The notes: a model not told the origin generated them from the letters alone. 64,000 nt of DNA from Bacillota bacterium (GCA_023421245.1 JAEZTV010000015.1:24360-88359), one strand, 5' to 3'; positions 17,678 through 25,812 are shown, counted from the first letter of the stretch. A program made the numbers and translations.

Positions 17678-17823
17678 AATGTTAACTGAATAATTAAAAA
17701 ATGCAGTCGCTGTGCGGCTGTAAAAGTATTTTTGAATTATTCATAGACATCAAGGAATGCCTGAATTGATAAAATGGCTTGAACAAGCCGTTTTTATCAA
17801 TCGTGTGCTTCGGCACAGGCATT
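17678..17823 (+). repeat. copy A of a ~145-nt structured intergenic repeat (copy B at 43126..43306)
   Basis: My by-eye alignment to copy B gives roughly 80-85% identity. Contains ATTGATAAAA...TTTTTATCAAT and TGTGC-TTCG-GCACA hairpins. Confidence 0.8.
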
Positions 17824-17867
17824 ATAATACACCACGCGCGATTTTACGGCAAGGAGGATGCTTATAT

Positions 17868-20087
17868 ATGACACGAATTCTCGCATTGCTTATCGCTGTT
17901 AGCCTGCTTTTGTGCTGTTGTGCACCGTCAGAGCCGGTTGCCGATGTACACGAGCCTGCTCCGCAGTCTTCTGAACCCGTGCTGGAGGTATCGGCCCCGG
18001 TACAGCAAGGTACAGATGGCGAGAAGATTGTAAACGGTGGATTTGACAACGACATGAGTGACTGGTTCGCTTATTACGAGGGCGGCGCCAGCAACAATAC
18101 CGTAGAGGACGGTATGTTAAAGGTAGATTATGAGAAAATAGGGCTTAAAGGGCACAGTGTTCAAATCTATCAGGATATTTTGAACGTGGAAGAGGGATGC
18201 CGTTACCGCGTAAGCTTTGACATGTACGCAACGGTACCGCGTACTGTCTGTGTTCGGGTACAGAAAAACGGCGGAGACTATTATGGATATCTTGAGGAGT
18301 TTGTTCAAATAACCACCGAAAAGACGCATTATGAGCTTGAATTTCAAATGGAGCTTGCAACCGACCCGGCGCCTCGTGTTGCCTTTAATATCGGTAAATA
18401 TGAAGAGGACGGCGAGATAGGGTTGCATCAGCTATATCTCGACAACGTCAGCATGATTATGTATGATGATTCGGAAAAAATCGTTGCAGAGGATAGCGGT
18501 ACTGTCACCTTGCCCATTAACATCAACCAACTTGGTTATCGTCCGAACGATTCCAAAGTAGCCGTATTCAGCGGCCAAGATACACAGTTTGATGTCGTGG
18601 ATGCACAGACGGGCAGTGTTGTTTTTTCGGGTATCATTACCGGAAGCGTGCAGGATGCCGCATCCGGCCAAACGGTTCGTTATGGCGATTTCTCAGCCCT
18701 TACAAACACCGGTGAATACAAGATAAAAACTGAAAAATTGGGAGAATCGTTTCCGTTTACCATCTCGGACAGCGTGTACGACAGTGCGTTTGCGGATGTC
18801 ATCAACCTGTTTTATCTTCAGCGGTGCGGTATGGAACTGCCGGCGGATACCGCGGATACATGGGCACATAAGGCTTGTCATACCGGGCACGCTACAGTCT
18901 ACGGAAGCGGGACCAAGCTTGAGGTATCGGGCGGCTGGCACGATGCGGGTGACTATGGACGCTATGTCGTTCCGGCCGCAAAGGCAGCGGCCGACCTGAT
19001 GCTTGCATATCAGTTCAATCCGCAAGCGTTTGCCAATCCGCTTTCATCGTCAGTGCCCTCTATCATTGAGGAAGTACGCTACGAGCTGGAATGGCTGCTC
19101 AAGATGCAGGACAGCGGTTCGGGCGGGGTATACCATAAGGTCACTACCATGAACTTTGAAGGCGAGGTCATGCCGGATGAGGTGACAGACGAGCTGTTCC
19201 TCGCGCCGATCTCCACAACCGCTACCGCTACGTTTGCCGCAGTGATGGCAATGGCTTCAGAAGTTTACAAGCCGTTTGACGCTGCCTTCGCTCAAAAATG
19301 TCTGGCTGCGGCTGAAAAGGCCTGGAGCTTTACATTAGAAAACTCGTACAAGACTTTTAAAAATCCTGTTGATATTGTTACGGGGGAATACGGCGATAAC
19401 TTCACTGAGGATGAACGCTTCTGGGCAGCAAGCGAGCTGCTGAAGGCTACCGGAAAGAAGGAGTATAACGATGCGGTCGTAAAGCTATATGAAGGCAGGA
19501 TTCTCGCAGGGCTTGGCTGGGCAGATGTCGGTAGCTATGGCTCTTATGCTTACCTAACCACATCACAGGATAAGATAGATGGTGCGACGGCTGCAAAGAT
19601 AAAGGAAGCCCTGCTTGCCGATGCAGATAAGTTGCTGAAAGCCTCGGAAGCTGATGGGTATCTAATCTCGCTTGGAACAAGCTACGGGTGGGGCAGCAAC
19701 ATGACAGTAGCCAACAACGCTATGCTGTTGTTGCTTGCAGATAAAATTGCGCCAAATACGGCATATAAAAAGACGGCTGCCAATCACCTGAACTATCTGT
19801 TTGGTAGTAACTGTCTGTCGTATAGCTATGTAACCGGATTCGGATCACAGTCACCCGACAACACCCATCACAGGCCATCGATGGCGGTGGGCAAAACACT
19901 GCCCGGCATGCTGGTGGGGGGGCCGAACCGAAACCTTGAGGATCCTTATGCGCGTGCGGTACTTAAGGATCTACCGCCCGCACAGTGTTATGCGGACAAC
20001 AGTCAAAGCTTTTCAACGAATGAGATTACAATCTATTGGAACTCCCCGTTGGTTTTCTTAATGTCTTTCTTTGCAAAGGTGTATTAA
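17868..20087 (+). CDS. glycoside hydrolase family 9 endoglucanase lipoprotein (CBM4/9-like + Ig-like + GH9 catalytic domain)
   Basis: GGWHDAGDYGRY and a C-terminal NEITIYWNSPL-type GH9 end. N-terminus MTRILALLIAVSLLLCCCA (lipobox). AAGGAGGA RBS before ATG 17868; the track start 17757 lies inside the repeat element. Confidence 0.9.
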   Translation: MTRILALLIAVSLLLCCCAPSEPVADVHEPAPQSSEPVLEVSAPVQQGTDGEKIVNGGFDNDMSDWFAYYEGGASNNTVEDGMLKVDYEKIGLKGHSVQIYQDILNVEEGCRYRVSFDMYATVPRTVCVRVQKNGGDYYGYLEEFVQITTEKTHYELEFQMELATDPAPRVAFNIGKYEEDGEIGLHQLYLDNVSMIMYDDSEKIVAEDSGTVTLPININQLGYRPNDSKVAVFSGQDTQFDVVDAQTGSVVFSGIITGSVQDAASGQTVRYGDFSALTNTGEYKIKTEKLGESFPFTISDSVYDSAFADVINLFYLQRCGMELPADTADTWAHKACHTGHATVYGSGTKLEVSGGWHDAGDYGRYVVPAAKAAADLMLAYQFNPQAFANPLSSSVPSIIEEVRYELEWLLKMQDSGSGGVYHKVTTMNFEGEVMPDEVTDELFLAPISTTATATFAAVMAMASEVYKPFDAAFAQKCLAAAEKAWSFTLENSYKTFKNPVDIVTGEYGDNFTEDERFWAASELLKATGKKEYNDAVVKLYEGRILAGLGWADVGSYGSYAYLTTSQDKIDGATAAKIKEALLADADKLLKASEADGYLISLGTSYGWGSNMTVANNAMLLLLADKIAPNTAYKKTAANHLNYLFGSNCLSYSYVTGFGSQSPDNTHHRPSMAVGKTLPGMLVGGPNRNLEDPYARAVLKDLPPAQCYADNSQSFSTNEITIYWNSPLVFLMSFFAKVY

Positions 20088-20116
20088 CATACCATTAAGA
20101 GTATCTTTGCCATTTC

Positions 20117-20154
20117 AACGAGCGCTCCATGAGGCTTCATGGAGCGCTCGTTTT
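20117..20154 (+). terminator. intrinsic terminator of the GH9 gene
   Basis: AACGAGCGCTCCATGA-GGC-TTCATGGAGCGCTCGTT followed by TTGG. Confidence 0.8.
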
Positions 20155-20160
20155 GGCATT

Positions 20161-20202
20161 ACAAAACCAAAGAGGATTCGGTTTTCCGAATCCTCTTTGG
20201 TT
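20161..20202 (-). terminator. intrinsic terminator for the minus-strand islet genes
   Basis: AACCAAAGAGGATTCGG-AAAA-CCGAATCCTCTTTGGTT followed by TTGT on the minus strand. Confidence 0.7.
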
Positions 20203-20286
20203 GGGGTGCCGTCGGGGTGTATGGTGTTATTAGAGGGGGAAGCCTTTGCGCCGGATTGCCGGACAAACCAGGCACTGAAACACACA

Positions 20287-20634
20287 CTATAGGGTTTTTA
20301 GTTCTTGTTCAAGCAGGGCAAGCATCAGGGAGTCGGCCTGAGCCTCTATCGTAAAGGCGCTCTGCATCCTGCCCATTGGTATGCTGTTTTGAGTATATTC
20401 ATGCTCTTTTAGGTGCTGTACCATCTTAATCTTCCATGTTTCGTATCTTGCATCCAGACAGAGTAAAAACTTGTTAAGATATCCGCTGGACTGCCACTGT
20501 CGATATAAATCAGGACGATGCTGCTGCAGATGTCTGCATACCGCAAGCCCGTATTTACCTAGGCTGCCTGCGAGGTCATCGGTGGAAGAGGTTGGATAGT
20601 ACACATTGCCGCAGCAAATCGACAATCTGTTCAT
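20287..20634 (-). CDS. TnpV-like transposon-associated protein (divergent, possibly a remnant)
   Basis: YYP...GKYG...HL..H.PDLYRQ...SG.L..FL motif order resembles TnpV of Tn4451-type elements (from memory). GAAAGGAAC RBS before ATG 20634. Confidence 0.45.
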   Translation of the reverse strand: MNRLSICCGNVYYPTSSTDDLAGSLGKYGLAVCRHLQQHRPDLYRQWQSSGYLNKFLLCLDARYETWKIKMVQHLKEHEYTQNSIPMGRMQSAFTIEAQADSLMLALLEQELKTL

Positions 20635-20892
20635 ATTAGTACCGTTCCTTTCTCGATGCCGCAAAGACAAAAAAACACATCCGCGAGACAAGTGCCTTTG
20701 TATCTTTGATATATTTATCATAGCACAGTCTGCGGACGAGATTTAAAATATTTCGTAAAGCTTCTATTGATATATTACGAAGAAATTATAAATAAACTAC
20801 GCGCATGGTAGACTAGGACGGTTGACATAACTCGTCAGTGCCACACTGCTTCACAGAATTCGTTAGGTTCGGGAATGAACATAAAATAAAGG

Positions 20893-21414
20893 TTATTGCG
20901 CTGTTTCACCTATAAAACCTGTATTCCATAGTTTTGGTCTCATGCTGCCATTACTATACTTCTTAAAGAATAAGACAAATTCATCTTCGTCAAACTCTCC
21001 GTTCTTTATTAAAATCTCCTGTTTTTTATTTGCCAGCTCAACTAAGTATCCGGTCTCGTTATAACCGTTGTCAATATAGAACTTTTTGCGTCTTAGCCTT
21101 TGTTCAGTGTCTTTTGCATCCACATCACATCTTTCAATAGAAAGGATAATTTTATTGTTGGGATATAATAATTGAACTTTGGCTAGAATATGACTTCCAT
21201 ATCCTTTTGACCGATTGTTTTCGTCAACTGCCAAAAACATAATCAATGTCAGGTTTTCAATTGTAGCCATATAAACAAAGCCATACAGGGTATCCTTATC
21301 ATGAAAAGATAAGAAATCGGTGTTTGCTGGCTTTGCCATTAGAAGCATCAACCAAAAAGGCATATGATCCTCTTTTGGAAAAGAAGATGTATAGATTTCT
21401 TTTATTTTTCGCAA
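20893..21414 (-). CDS. GNAT family N-acetyltransferase (N-terminally shortened)
   Basis: IYTSSFPKEDHMPF ... LAVDENNRSKGYGSHIL (acetyl-CoA Q/RxxGxG-like motif). AT-rich gene. Confidence 0.75.
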   Translation of the reverse strand: MRKIKEIYTSSFPKEDHMPFWLMLLMAKPANTDFLSFHDKDTLYGFVYMATIENLTLIMFLAVDENNRSKGYGSHILAKVQLLYPNNKIILSIERCDVDAKDTEQRLRRKKFYIDNGYNETGYLVELANKKQEILIKNGEFDEDEFVLFFKKYSNGSMRPKLWNTGFIGETAQ

Positions 21415-21580
21415 TTACACCGATGAGCGAACCTCTGTCGCTTATGATATAGGCGCGCCTATCCCGAATCTTTCGTAAAAACTCGTTTTCGCTTATATGG
21501 GTATCAAGTGCAAACCAAAACGCTTTGTCAGCTTCAGTTGCGTATCGTACTTCAAACATTTTACTCCTCTGCTGTAGCAA
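21299..21580 (-). pseudogene. 5' fragment of a second GNAT gene, out of frame with the downstream GNAT ORF
   Basis: MFEVRYATEADKAFWFALDTHISENEFLRKIRDRRAYIISDRGSLIGVI is a typical GNAT N-terminus. The frame then decays into non-homologous sequence overlapping ORF 20893..21414. Confidence 0.55.
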
Positions 21581-21592
21581 GAATCAATATAG

Positions 21593-22036
21593 TTACAGCT
21601 CTTTTTTTAAGTAAATCATGTCTACAAGCTGCACGCCGTCTTCAAACATGGGGTGGTCGTAGTTATCCGTAAAAAAGTTATGAATTCTGTGGTAAAGTGA
21701 AAAGCCGTTTTTTTCATAAAAGCGCTTGCTTGAAGGAACATCGCCCGTTCCGACAATCATGGTTTTATAGCTGTCTTTGTAAAACTCCCCAATATATTCA
21801 ATGAGCTTACTGCCATATCCCGCACCGTGCCATTTTTCATATGTCGCTATGTTTTTAAGCTCACATGTATCGGGGCTTTCTCTTGTAACAACACATATGC
21901 TTTTCAACCCATTATCATACAAGGCAAACAGTTCTCCGCGTTCAAGATATCGGTCTATCATAGCTTCTGACTCATCGGCAAGTAAAAGCAGATCGATAAA
22001 TTGCTTTTTGTTTTCATTTACAATTAAAATCTCCAT
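21593..22036 (-). CDS. GNAT family N-acetyltransferase
   Basis: AGGGGG RBS before ATG 22036 (track start 22120 over-extended). [21 protein letters not shown] acetyl-CoA motif. 147 aa. Confidence 0.8.
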   Translation of the reverse strand: MEILIVNENKKQFIDLLLLADESEAMIDRYLERGELFALYDNGLKSICVVTRESPDTCELKNIATYEKWHGAGYGSKLIEYIGEFYKDSYKTMIVGTGDVPSSKRFYEKNGFSLYHRIHNFFTDNYDHPMFEDGVQLVDMIYLKKEL

Positions 22037-22138
22037 AAAAGCCCCCTGTAAATTCTCTGCAGCGCTAGTAACCAATGGGATATTAGTATCTTCAACGGGG
22101 TAGAATACCACTTGTGCCATGAGCGATTACAGATATAA

Positions 22139-22200
22139 CACATAAGCCGAACCTCTCGCTGACAGGAACATCCTGTTTGGCGAGAGGTTCGGCTTATGTG
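22139..22200 (-). terminator. 21-bp perfect stem with nested inner hairpin just 3' of tRNA-Arg
   Basis: CACATAAGCCGAACCTCTCGC ... GCGAGAGGTTCGGCTTATGTG, with inner ACAGGA-ACA-TCCTGT. Followed by a TTATAT tail on the minus strand. Confidence 0.65.
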
Positions 22201-22204
22201 CGTT

Positions 22205-22281
22205 TGGCGCGCCCGAAGGGACTCGAACCCCTGACCTACTGGTTCGTAGCCAGTCACTCTATCCAGCTGAGCTACGAGCGC
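22205..22281 (-). tRNA. tRNA-Arg(ACG): tRNA-Arg (anticodon ACG), CCA encoded
   Basis: Reverse complement is GCGCTCGTAGCTCAGCTGGATAGAGTGACTGGCTACGAACCAGTAGGTCAGGGGTTCGAGTCCCTTCGGGCGCGCCA. 7-bp acceptor stem, anticodon loop CTACGAA, T-loop GGTTCGAGTCC. Confidence 0.95.
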
Positions 22282-22307
22282 AACTTTATGCTGTAATCAG
22301 CCTTACT

Positions 22308-22336
22308 ATAATATCATGGCCGAGCAGGCTTGTCAA
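22308..22336 (-). promoter_or_regulatory. consensus promoter of tRNA-Arg
   Basis: On the minus strand: TTGACA, 17 nt, TATTAT, with TGa just upstream (extended -10). Confidence 0.75.
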
Positions 22337-22467
22337 CTATTATGATGAGCATTTTTTGCAAAAGGAAATCACCCTTCTATGTGTTTGGAACAGTTTAACT
22401 GTCCGTTTTTTGGGACGCGTGATGGAATATAATAAGGATAACAACCAACAAGAAAGCGGTGTATGGG

Positions 22468-22593
22468 ATGGATTACAAAATCAAACAGGTAAGTGGTCAC
22501 GTTGAGGTATACGACGGGGACGGAAACTTTTTGTTTTCCGCCGACACTCAGGCCGAAGCATTAAATGAAATTCGTGAACTTTATGCAGCATAA
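22468..22593 (+). CDS. small hypothetical protein (41 aa)
   Basis: Below the ORF-track size cutoff. MDYKIKQVSGHVEVYDGDGNFLFSADTQAEALNEIRELYAA. Weak GGTG RBS. Followed by a second small ORF with a good RBS. Confidence 0.35.
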   Translation: MDYKIKQVSGHVEVYDGDGNFLFSADTQAEALNEIRELYAA

Positions 22594-22617
22594 TACATGA
22601 CGAAAGGAAGCATAGCA

Positions 22618-22776
22618 ATGACAGCATATCATCTGTATACCCGAATAAAGCATGTGAAATGGTACGATCCATTTCGACTTGAGGAGCAAACCGTAAACGG
22701 GGAGAGCACCTCTGCACAGGCAAACGACAATACGCTCACATACCCGACGCCAATGGTACAGGCGGCATCGGCTTAA
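22618..22776 (+). CDS. small hypothetical protein (52 aa)
   Basis: GAAAGGAAG RBS 7 nt before the ATG. MTAYHLYTRIKHVKWYDPFRLEEQTVNGESTSAQANDNTLTYPTPMVQAASA. Followed by hairpin AATACCCCG...CGGGGTATT (22778-22821). Confidence 0.35.
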   Translation: MTAYHLYTRIKHVKWYDPFRLEEQTVNGESTSAQANDNTLTYPTPMVQAASA

Positions 22777-22833
22777 CAATACCCCGTCGTGTTTCGGTTT
22801 TTAAAAACGGCGGGGTATTGTATCGCTGTGTTG

Positions 22834-23457
22834 CTACAGCTCTTTTTTGGAAAAAATGCCAACCGAGATACGGTACGATATCACCATCCATACCACAAGG
22901 ATAAAGGGTGAGAGCGTAGCGAGCGTGCGCAGCGCTGCATCACTGGGAGCGGGGATATTGATCCTTGATAAAACAAGTACGCCCACCGATGGAATAATAA
23001 CGAGAAGAAAGATCATAAGCCTTGCCTTTTCCACCCCAAAGCGATAGATAAGTGGAATAAAAATGCTGATGATAAGCAGCGCAGCGCCCAGCATTGCAAG
23101 GTGTGTCACAACATATTCACTGTTCAGCCGCTCTCCCTGGTACAGCGAGTACGCGAAGGAAAGCAGAAAAGAGAGAACAGAGCCTGATGCCGCAAGAACA
23201 AACCCGAGCAGATATTTTGCCAGCACCGTTTCGGAGCGGGTGACCGGCATGGTCATACCGTAGGCATCCCATTTTGCCTGCGCATCATAAGCAAACCCCG
23301 TCAGCACCATCATCGAAAAGTAGATTGTTATAATCGGCAGGATAAAAGAGGGATCACGCGTTAGCATACCCAGCACCGCAAAAACCGCGACGAGAATTAA
23401 TATCTGGCGAAGGTTTTTCTTGCATACTAAAATGTCCTTTAGAACAAGCCCAAGCAT
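22834..23457 (-). CDS. ABC-2 type transporter permease
   Basis: 207 aa, about 6 TM helices. TAATG overlap with the upstream ATPase gene. Confidence 0.8.
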   Translation of the reverse strand: MLGLVLKDILVCKKNLRQILILVAVFAVLGMLTRDPSFILPIITIYFSMMVLTGFAYDAQAKWDAYGMTMPVTRSETVLAKYLLGFVLAASGSVLSFLLSFAYSLYQGERLNSEYVVTHLAMLGAALLIISIFIPLIYRFGVEKARLMIFLLVIIPSVGVLVLSRINIPAPSDAALRTLATLSPFILVVWMVISYRISVGIFSKKEL

Positions 23458-24323
23458 TACCGTTCCCCCTTTGCATAAAAAAGCATGATATCATCAAGCG
23501 ATGCAGCATCTACGGTTATTTCAGGGTATCGTCGCTTAAACTCCCTGTGGTTCTTTGTGAGCAGGTGACAGCCAAAGCTGTTTTTACAAGTTCCCACAAT
23601 ACCGGATTTGTCAAAGCGTTCATAATCCCGTATACCGCATTTAATGACAGCGTAGTTTTCCATAATGGCATCCTTGGTATCGGTTAAGGCTATTTTGCCA
23701 TCATGAATAAACGTAATATAGTCTGCAACCTTTTCAAGATCGGTTGTGATATGTGATGACATCAATATAGAACGTGATTCATCCTGTATAAAATCAAAGA
23801 ATACATCAAGTATCTCGCTGCGTACCACGGGGTCAAGGCCGCTGGTCGCCTCGTCGAGAATCAGCAGCCGCGGTTGATGAGAAAGTGCCGCGGCGATGGA
23901 AAGCTTCATCTTCATACCACGTGAATACTCTTTGACGGTCTTTGCCACTGGCAGACGGAACCGGTCAAGATAGCGCCCAAATAGTGTATCGTCCCAGCGG
24001 CCTTTGTAAATTCGCCGGAGAATGGCCGCAATTTCGCGGGCGCTTAGCGTTTCGTGAAAGCAGCTTTCGTCCAGCACCACGCCAAGCTGCGACTTAATGT
24101 CTTTCTCATTTTTCAGGTTATCCTGACCAAAGACGAGAATATTACCAGCATCCCGTCGAATCAGGTTAAGGATCAGCTTGATAATGGTCGTTTTGCCCGC
24201 ACCGTTTTCACCGATCAGCCCCATAATAGACCCGGGCAAAACGGTTAGCGATACATCCTCCAGCATAAAGTCTGCATAGCTTTTGCACAGCCCCTTAATT
24301 TCCAAAATGTTGTCGTATTCCAT
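23457..24323 (-). CDS. ABC transporter ATP-binding protein
   Basis: Walker A GENGAGKTT, signature YSRGMKMKL, Walker B LLILDEATSGLD. Confidence 0.92.
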   Translation of the reverse strand: MEYDNILEIKGLCKSYADFMLEDVSLTVLPGSIMGLIGENGAGKTTIIKLILNLIRRDAGNILVFGQDNLKNEKDIKSQLGVVLDESCFHETLSAREIAAILRRIYKGRWDDTLFGRYLDRFRLPVAKTVKEYSRGMKMKLSIAAALSHQPRLLILDEATSGLDPVVRSEILDVFFDFIQDESRSILMSSHITTDLEKVADYITFIHDGKIALTDTKDAIMENYAVIKCGIRDYERFDKSGIVGTCKNSFGCHLLTKNHREFKRRYPEITVDAASLDDIMLFYAKGER

Positions 24324-24329
24324 CCTGTA

Positions 24330-24704
24330 CTAATCCTCCCCGTAAAGGCAAAGGAGCATCTCGCATAGCTCCTGCCCGTTTATTCCGGCAACTTTTGCCG
24401 CCCCAATTGCACCGGTTAGATATTCTTCAATTGCCTTAAGCTGCTCCTCGCGGTAAAGCTCGGTGTTACGGCATGCGACAAAGCTGCCCTTGCCGGTCAT
24501 AGAAGTAATAAATCCCTCGCGTTCCAGCTCCTCATACGCGCGCTTGGTGGTAATTACGCTGATGCGCAGTTCCTTGGCAAGAAGCCGCATAGAAGGGAGC
24601 ATATCACCCTCATTCAGCACTGCGCTCATTATCATGCCTTTCACCTGCTGGACAATCTGCTCGTAGATGGGTGTATCACCGCTGTTGCTGATGATGATAT
24701 CCAC
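24330..24704 (-). CDS. GntR family (YtrA subfamily) transcriptional regulator
   Basis: PIYEQIVQQVKGMIMSAVLNEGDMLPSMRLLAKELRISVITTKRAYEELEREGFI winged-HTH with a short C-terminus. Start at GTG 24704 (AAGGGG RBS). Confidence 0.85.
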   Translation of the reverse strand: MDIIISNSGDTPIYEQIVQQVKGMIMSAVLNEGDMLPSMRLLAKELRISVITTKRAYEELEREGFITSMTGKGSFVACRNTELYREEQLKAIEEYLTGAIGAAKVAGINGQELCEMLLCLYGED

Positions 24705-24721
24705 ACGGTCACCCCTTAGAA

Positions 24722-24775
24722 GATATTGTGTATATATTATATATACAATATAACCGCTATACACATGCTTGTCAA
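24722..24775 (-). promoter_or_regulatory. promoter plus AT-rich near-palindromic operator of the YtrA-like operon
   Basis: Minus strand: TTGACA (24770-75), 17 nt, TATATT (24747-52). Overlapping palindrome ATATTGTGTATATA/TATATACAATAT. Confidence 0.65.
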
Positions 24776-24820
24776 CAAAAAAATAAACCGTACGCAGAAA
24801 TTTTCTTCCGTACGGTTTTT
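24776..24820 (-). terminator. intrinsic terminator of thpR
   Basis: AAACCGTACG ... CGTACGGTTT followed by ATTTTTTTG on the minus strand. Confidence 0.75.
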
Positions 24821-24826
24821 TGGTTT

Positions 24827-25366
24827 TTATGAATGCAGCAGTTTTGTATGGATACGCGTATAGGTCAATACCCCGTCAATGCGCTCGCTTTTCATTAAGT
24901 CGATACTTTGCACAGGAATACGGATAGCGCCTGCCTGTTTTGCAAGCTCGCCACGGTCAAAGCCTGTGGGAAGCTGCAGCTCTCTGGCAAGGGTAAGGTG
25001 CGGCTTATACTCACGGGTTTCTACCCAGCAGCCTGCCTGAATCAAACGATTGTTCAGCTGGTCGTGGATAGAAAGCAGCGGCTGACATTTATGTGCGCCA
25101 ACCCAGAATATCTCGCCGCTTTCACGTAAAAAGCGGCCTACACCCGTCAGCTGCAGCGTAAACGGTTTTTCTTCCACGCGGTCGATCGCGTGCTTGATGT
25201 TGTGAGCGCGTTCGGACTCAACCTCTCCCAGAAACACAAGAGTAAGGTGAAGGTTTTCACGCCGGGTATAACGGCCTTTCACAGCCGAGCCTTTGAGCAG
25301 ATCAATTACCTCGCAAAGTTGGTCCTTTGCTGTGTCATCAAAGTTAATTGCAGTAAATAAACGCAA
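24827..25366 (-). CDS. thpR: RNA 2',3'-cyclic phosphodiesterase (2H phosphoesterase, LigT/ThpR)
   Basis: Two H-x-T-x motifs (HLTLVFLGE, HLTLAREL). Start at TTG 25366 (MRLFTAINF) after a GGAAAGGG RBS. Confidence 0.85.
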   Translation of the reverse strand: MRLFTAINFDDTAKDQLCEVIDLLKGSAVKGRYTRRENLHLTLVFLGEVESERAHNIKHAIDRVEEKPFTLQLTGVGRFLRESGEIFWVGAHKCQPLLSIHDQLNNRLIQAGCWVETREYKPHLTLARELQLPTGFDRGELAKQAGAIRIPVQSIDLMKSERIDGVLTYTRIHTKLLHS

Positions 25367-25480
25367 AATCCGCACCCTTTCCGCTTGGAATAAGACTATG
25401 GAGCCGCACTGCATAAAAAATATCCATCAATATTATATCAATTACCTTGCATTTGCGCAAACAATACTATTCCATTACAC

Positions 25481-25516
25481 AAGAAAACAGGGAGCAGACG
25501 CTCCCTGTTTTTTTGC
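25481..25516. terminator. bidirectional intrinsic terminator downstream of the 53-aa gene
   Basis: ACAGGGAGC-AGAC-GCTCCCTGT, with T-runs on both strands. Confidence 0.75.
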
Positions 25517-25579
25517 CGGAACGGGTACTTCGGGGTGTCGCCGCACGAGCAAACCAAAAATCGATTTATTCAGCAGACA

Positions 25580-25741
25580 TTACTTGTCGCCGCGCGTATA
25601 GTTTTCGGCATAGGCGTAAACATCGTCGGCGGACATCATGTTATTACCGCGCTCGCGAATAGTCTCCTGCACATACTCAGGCAAAGAATAAAAGAAACGC
25701 TCAAGTGCCTTATCCTGCTTTAGCAATTGGTCGAGTGCCAT
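25580..25741 (-). CDS. small hypothetical protein (53 aa)
   Basis: Below the track cutoff. GAAAGGAGAT RBS 7 nt before the ATG. MALDQLLKQDKALERFFYSLPEYVQETIRERGNNMMSADDVYAYAENYTRGDK. Has its own terminator. Confidence 0.55.
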   Translation of the reverse strand: MALDQLLKQDKALERFFYSLPEYVQETIRERGNNMMSADDVYAYAENYTRGDK

Positions 25742-25812
25742 GGTTTTTATCTCCTTTCAAAGCAGATGCCATTTTGGCAGGCTGCGCACCTGCGTATCAA
25801 TAGCTTTTGCTC

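Noticed and set aside
17757-17867. N-terminal extension of the GH9 ORF (MPELIKWLEQAVFINRVLRH...)
   Set aside because: This stretch is part of the dispersed repeat element. ATG 17868 has an AAGGAGGA RBS and gives a proper lipoprotein signal peptide.
20087-20900. attL/attR-type direct repeat of the tRNA-Arg 3' end marking the islet boundary
   Set aside because: I looked for tggcgcgcccgaagggactcg-like sequence and saw only trivial 5-6-nt matches (e.g. gcgccgga at ~20258). A computational search is needed.
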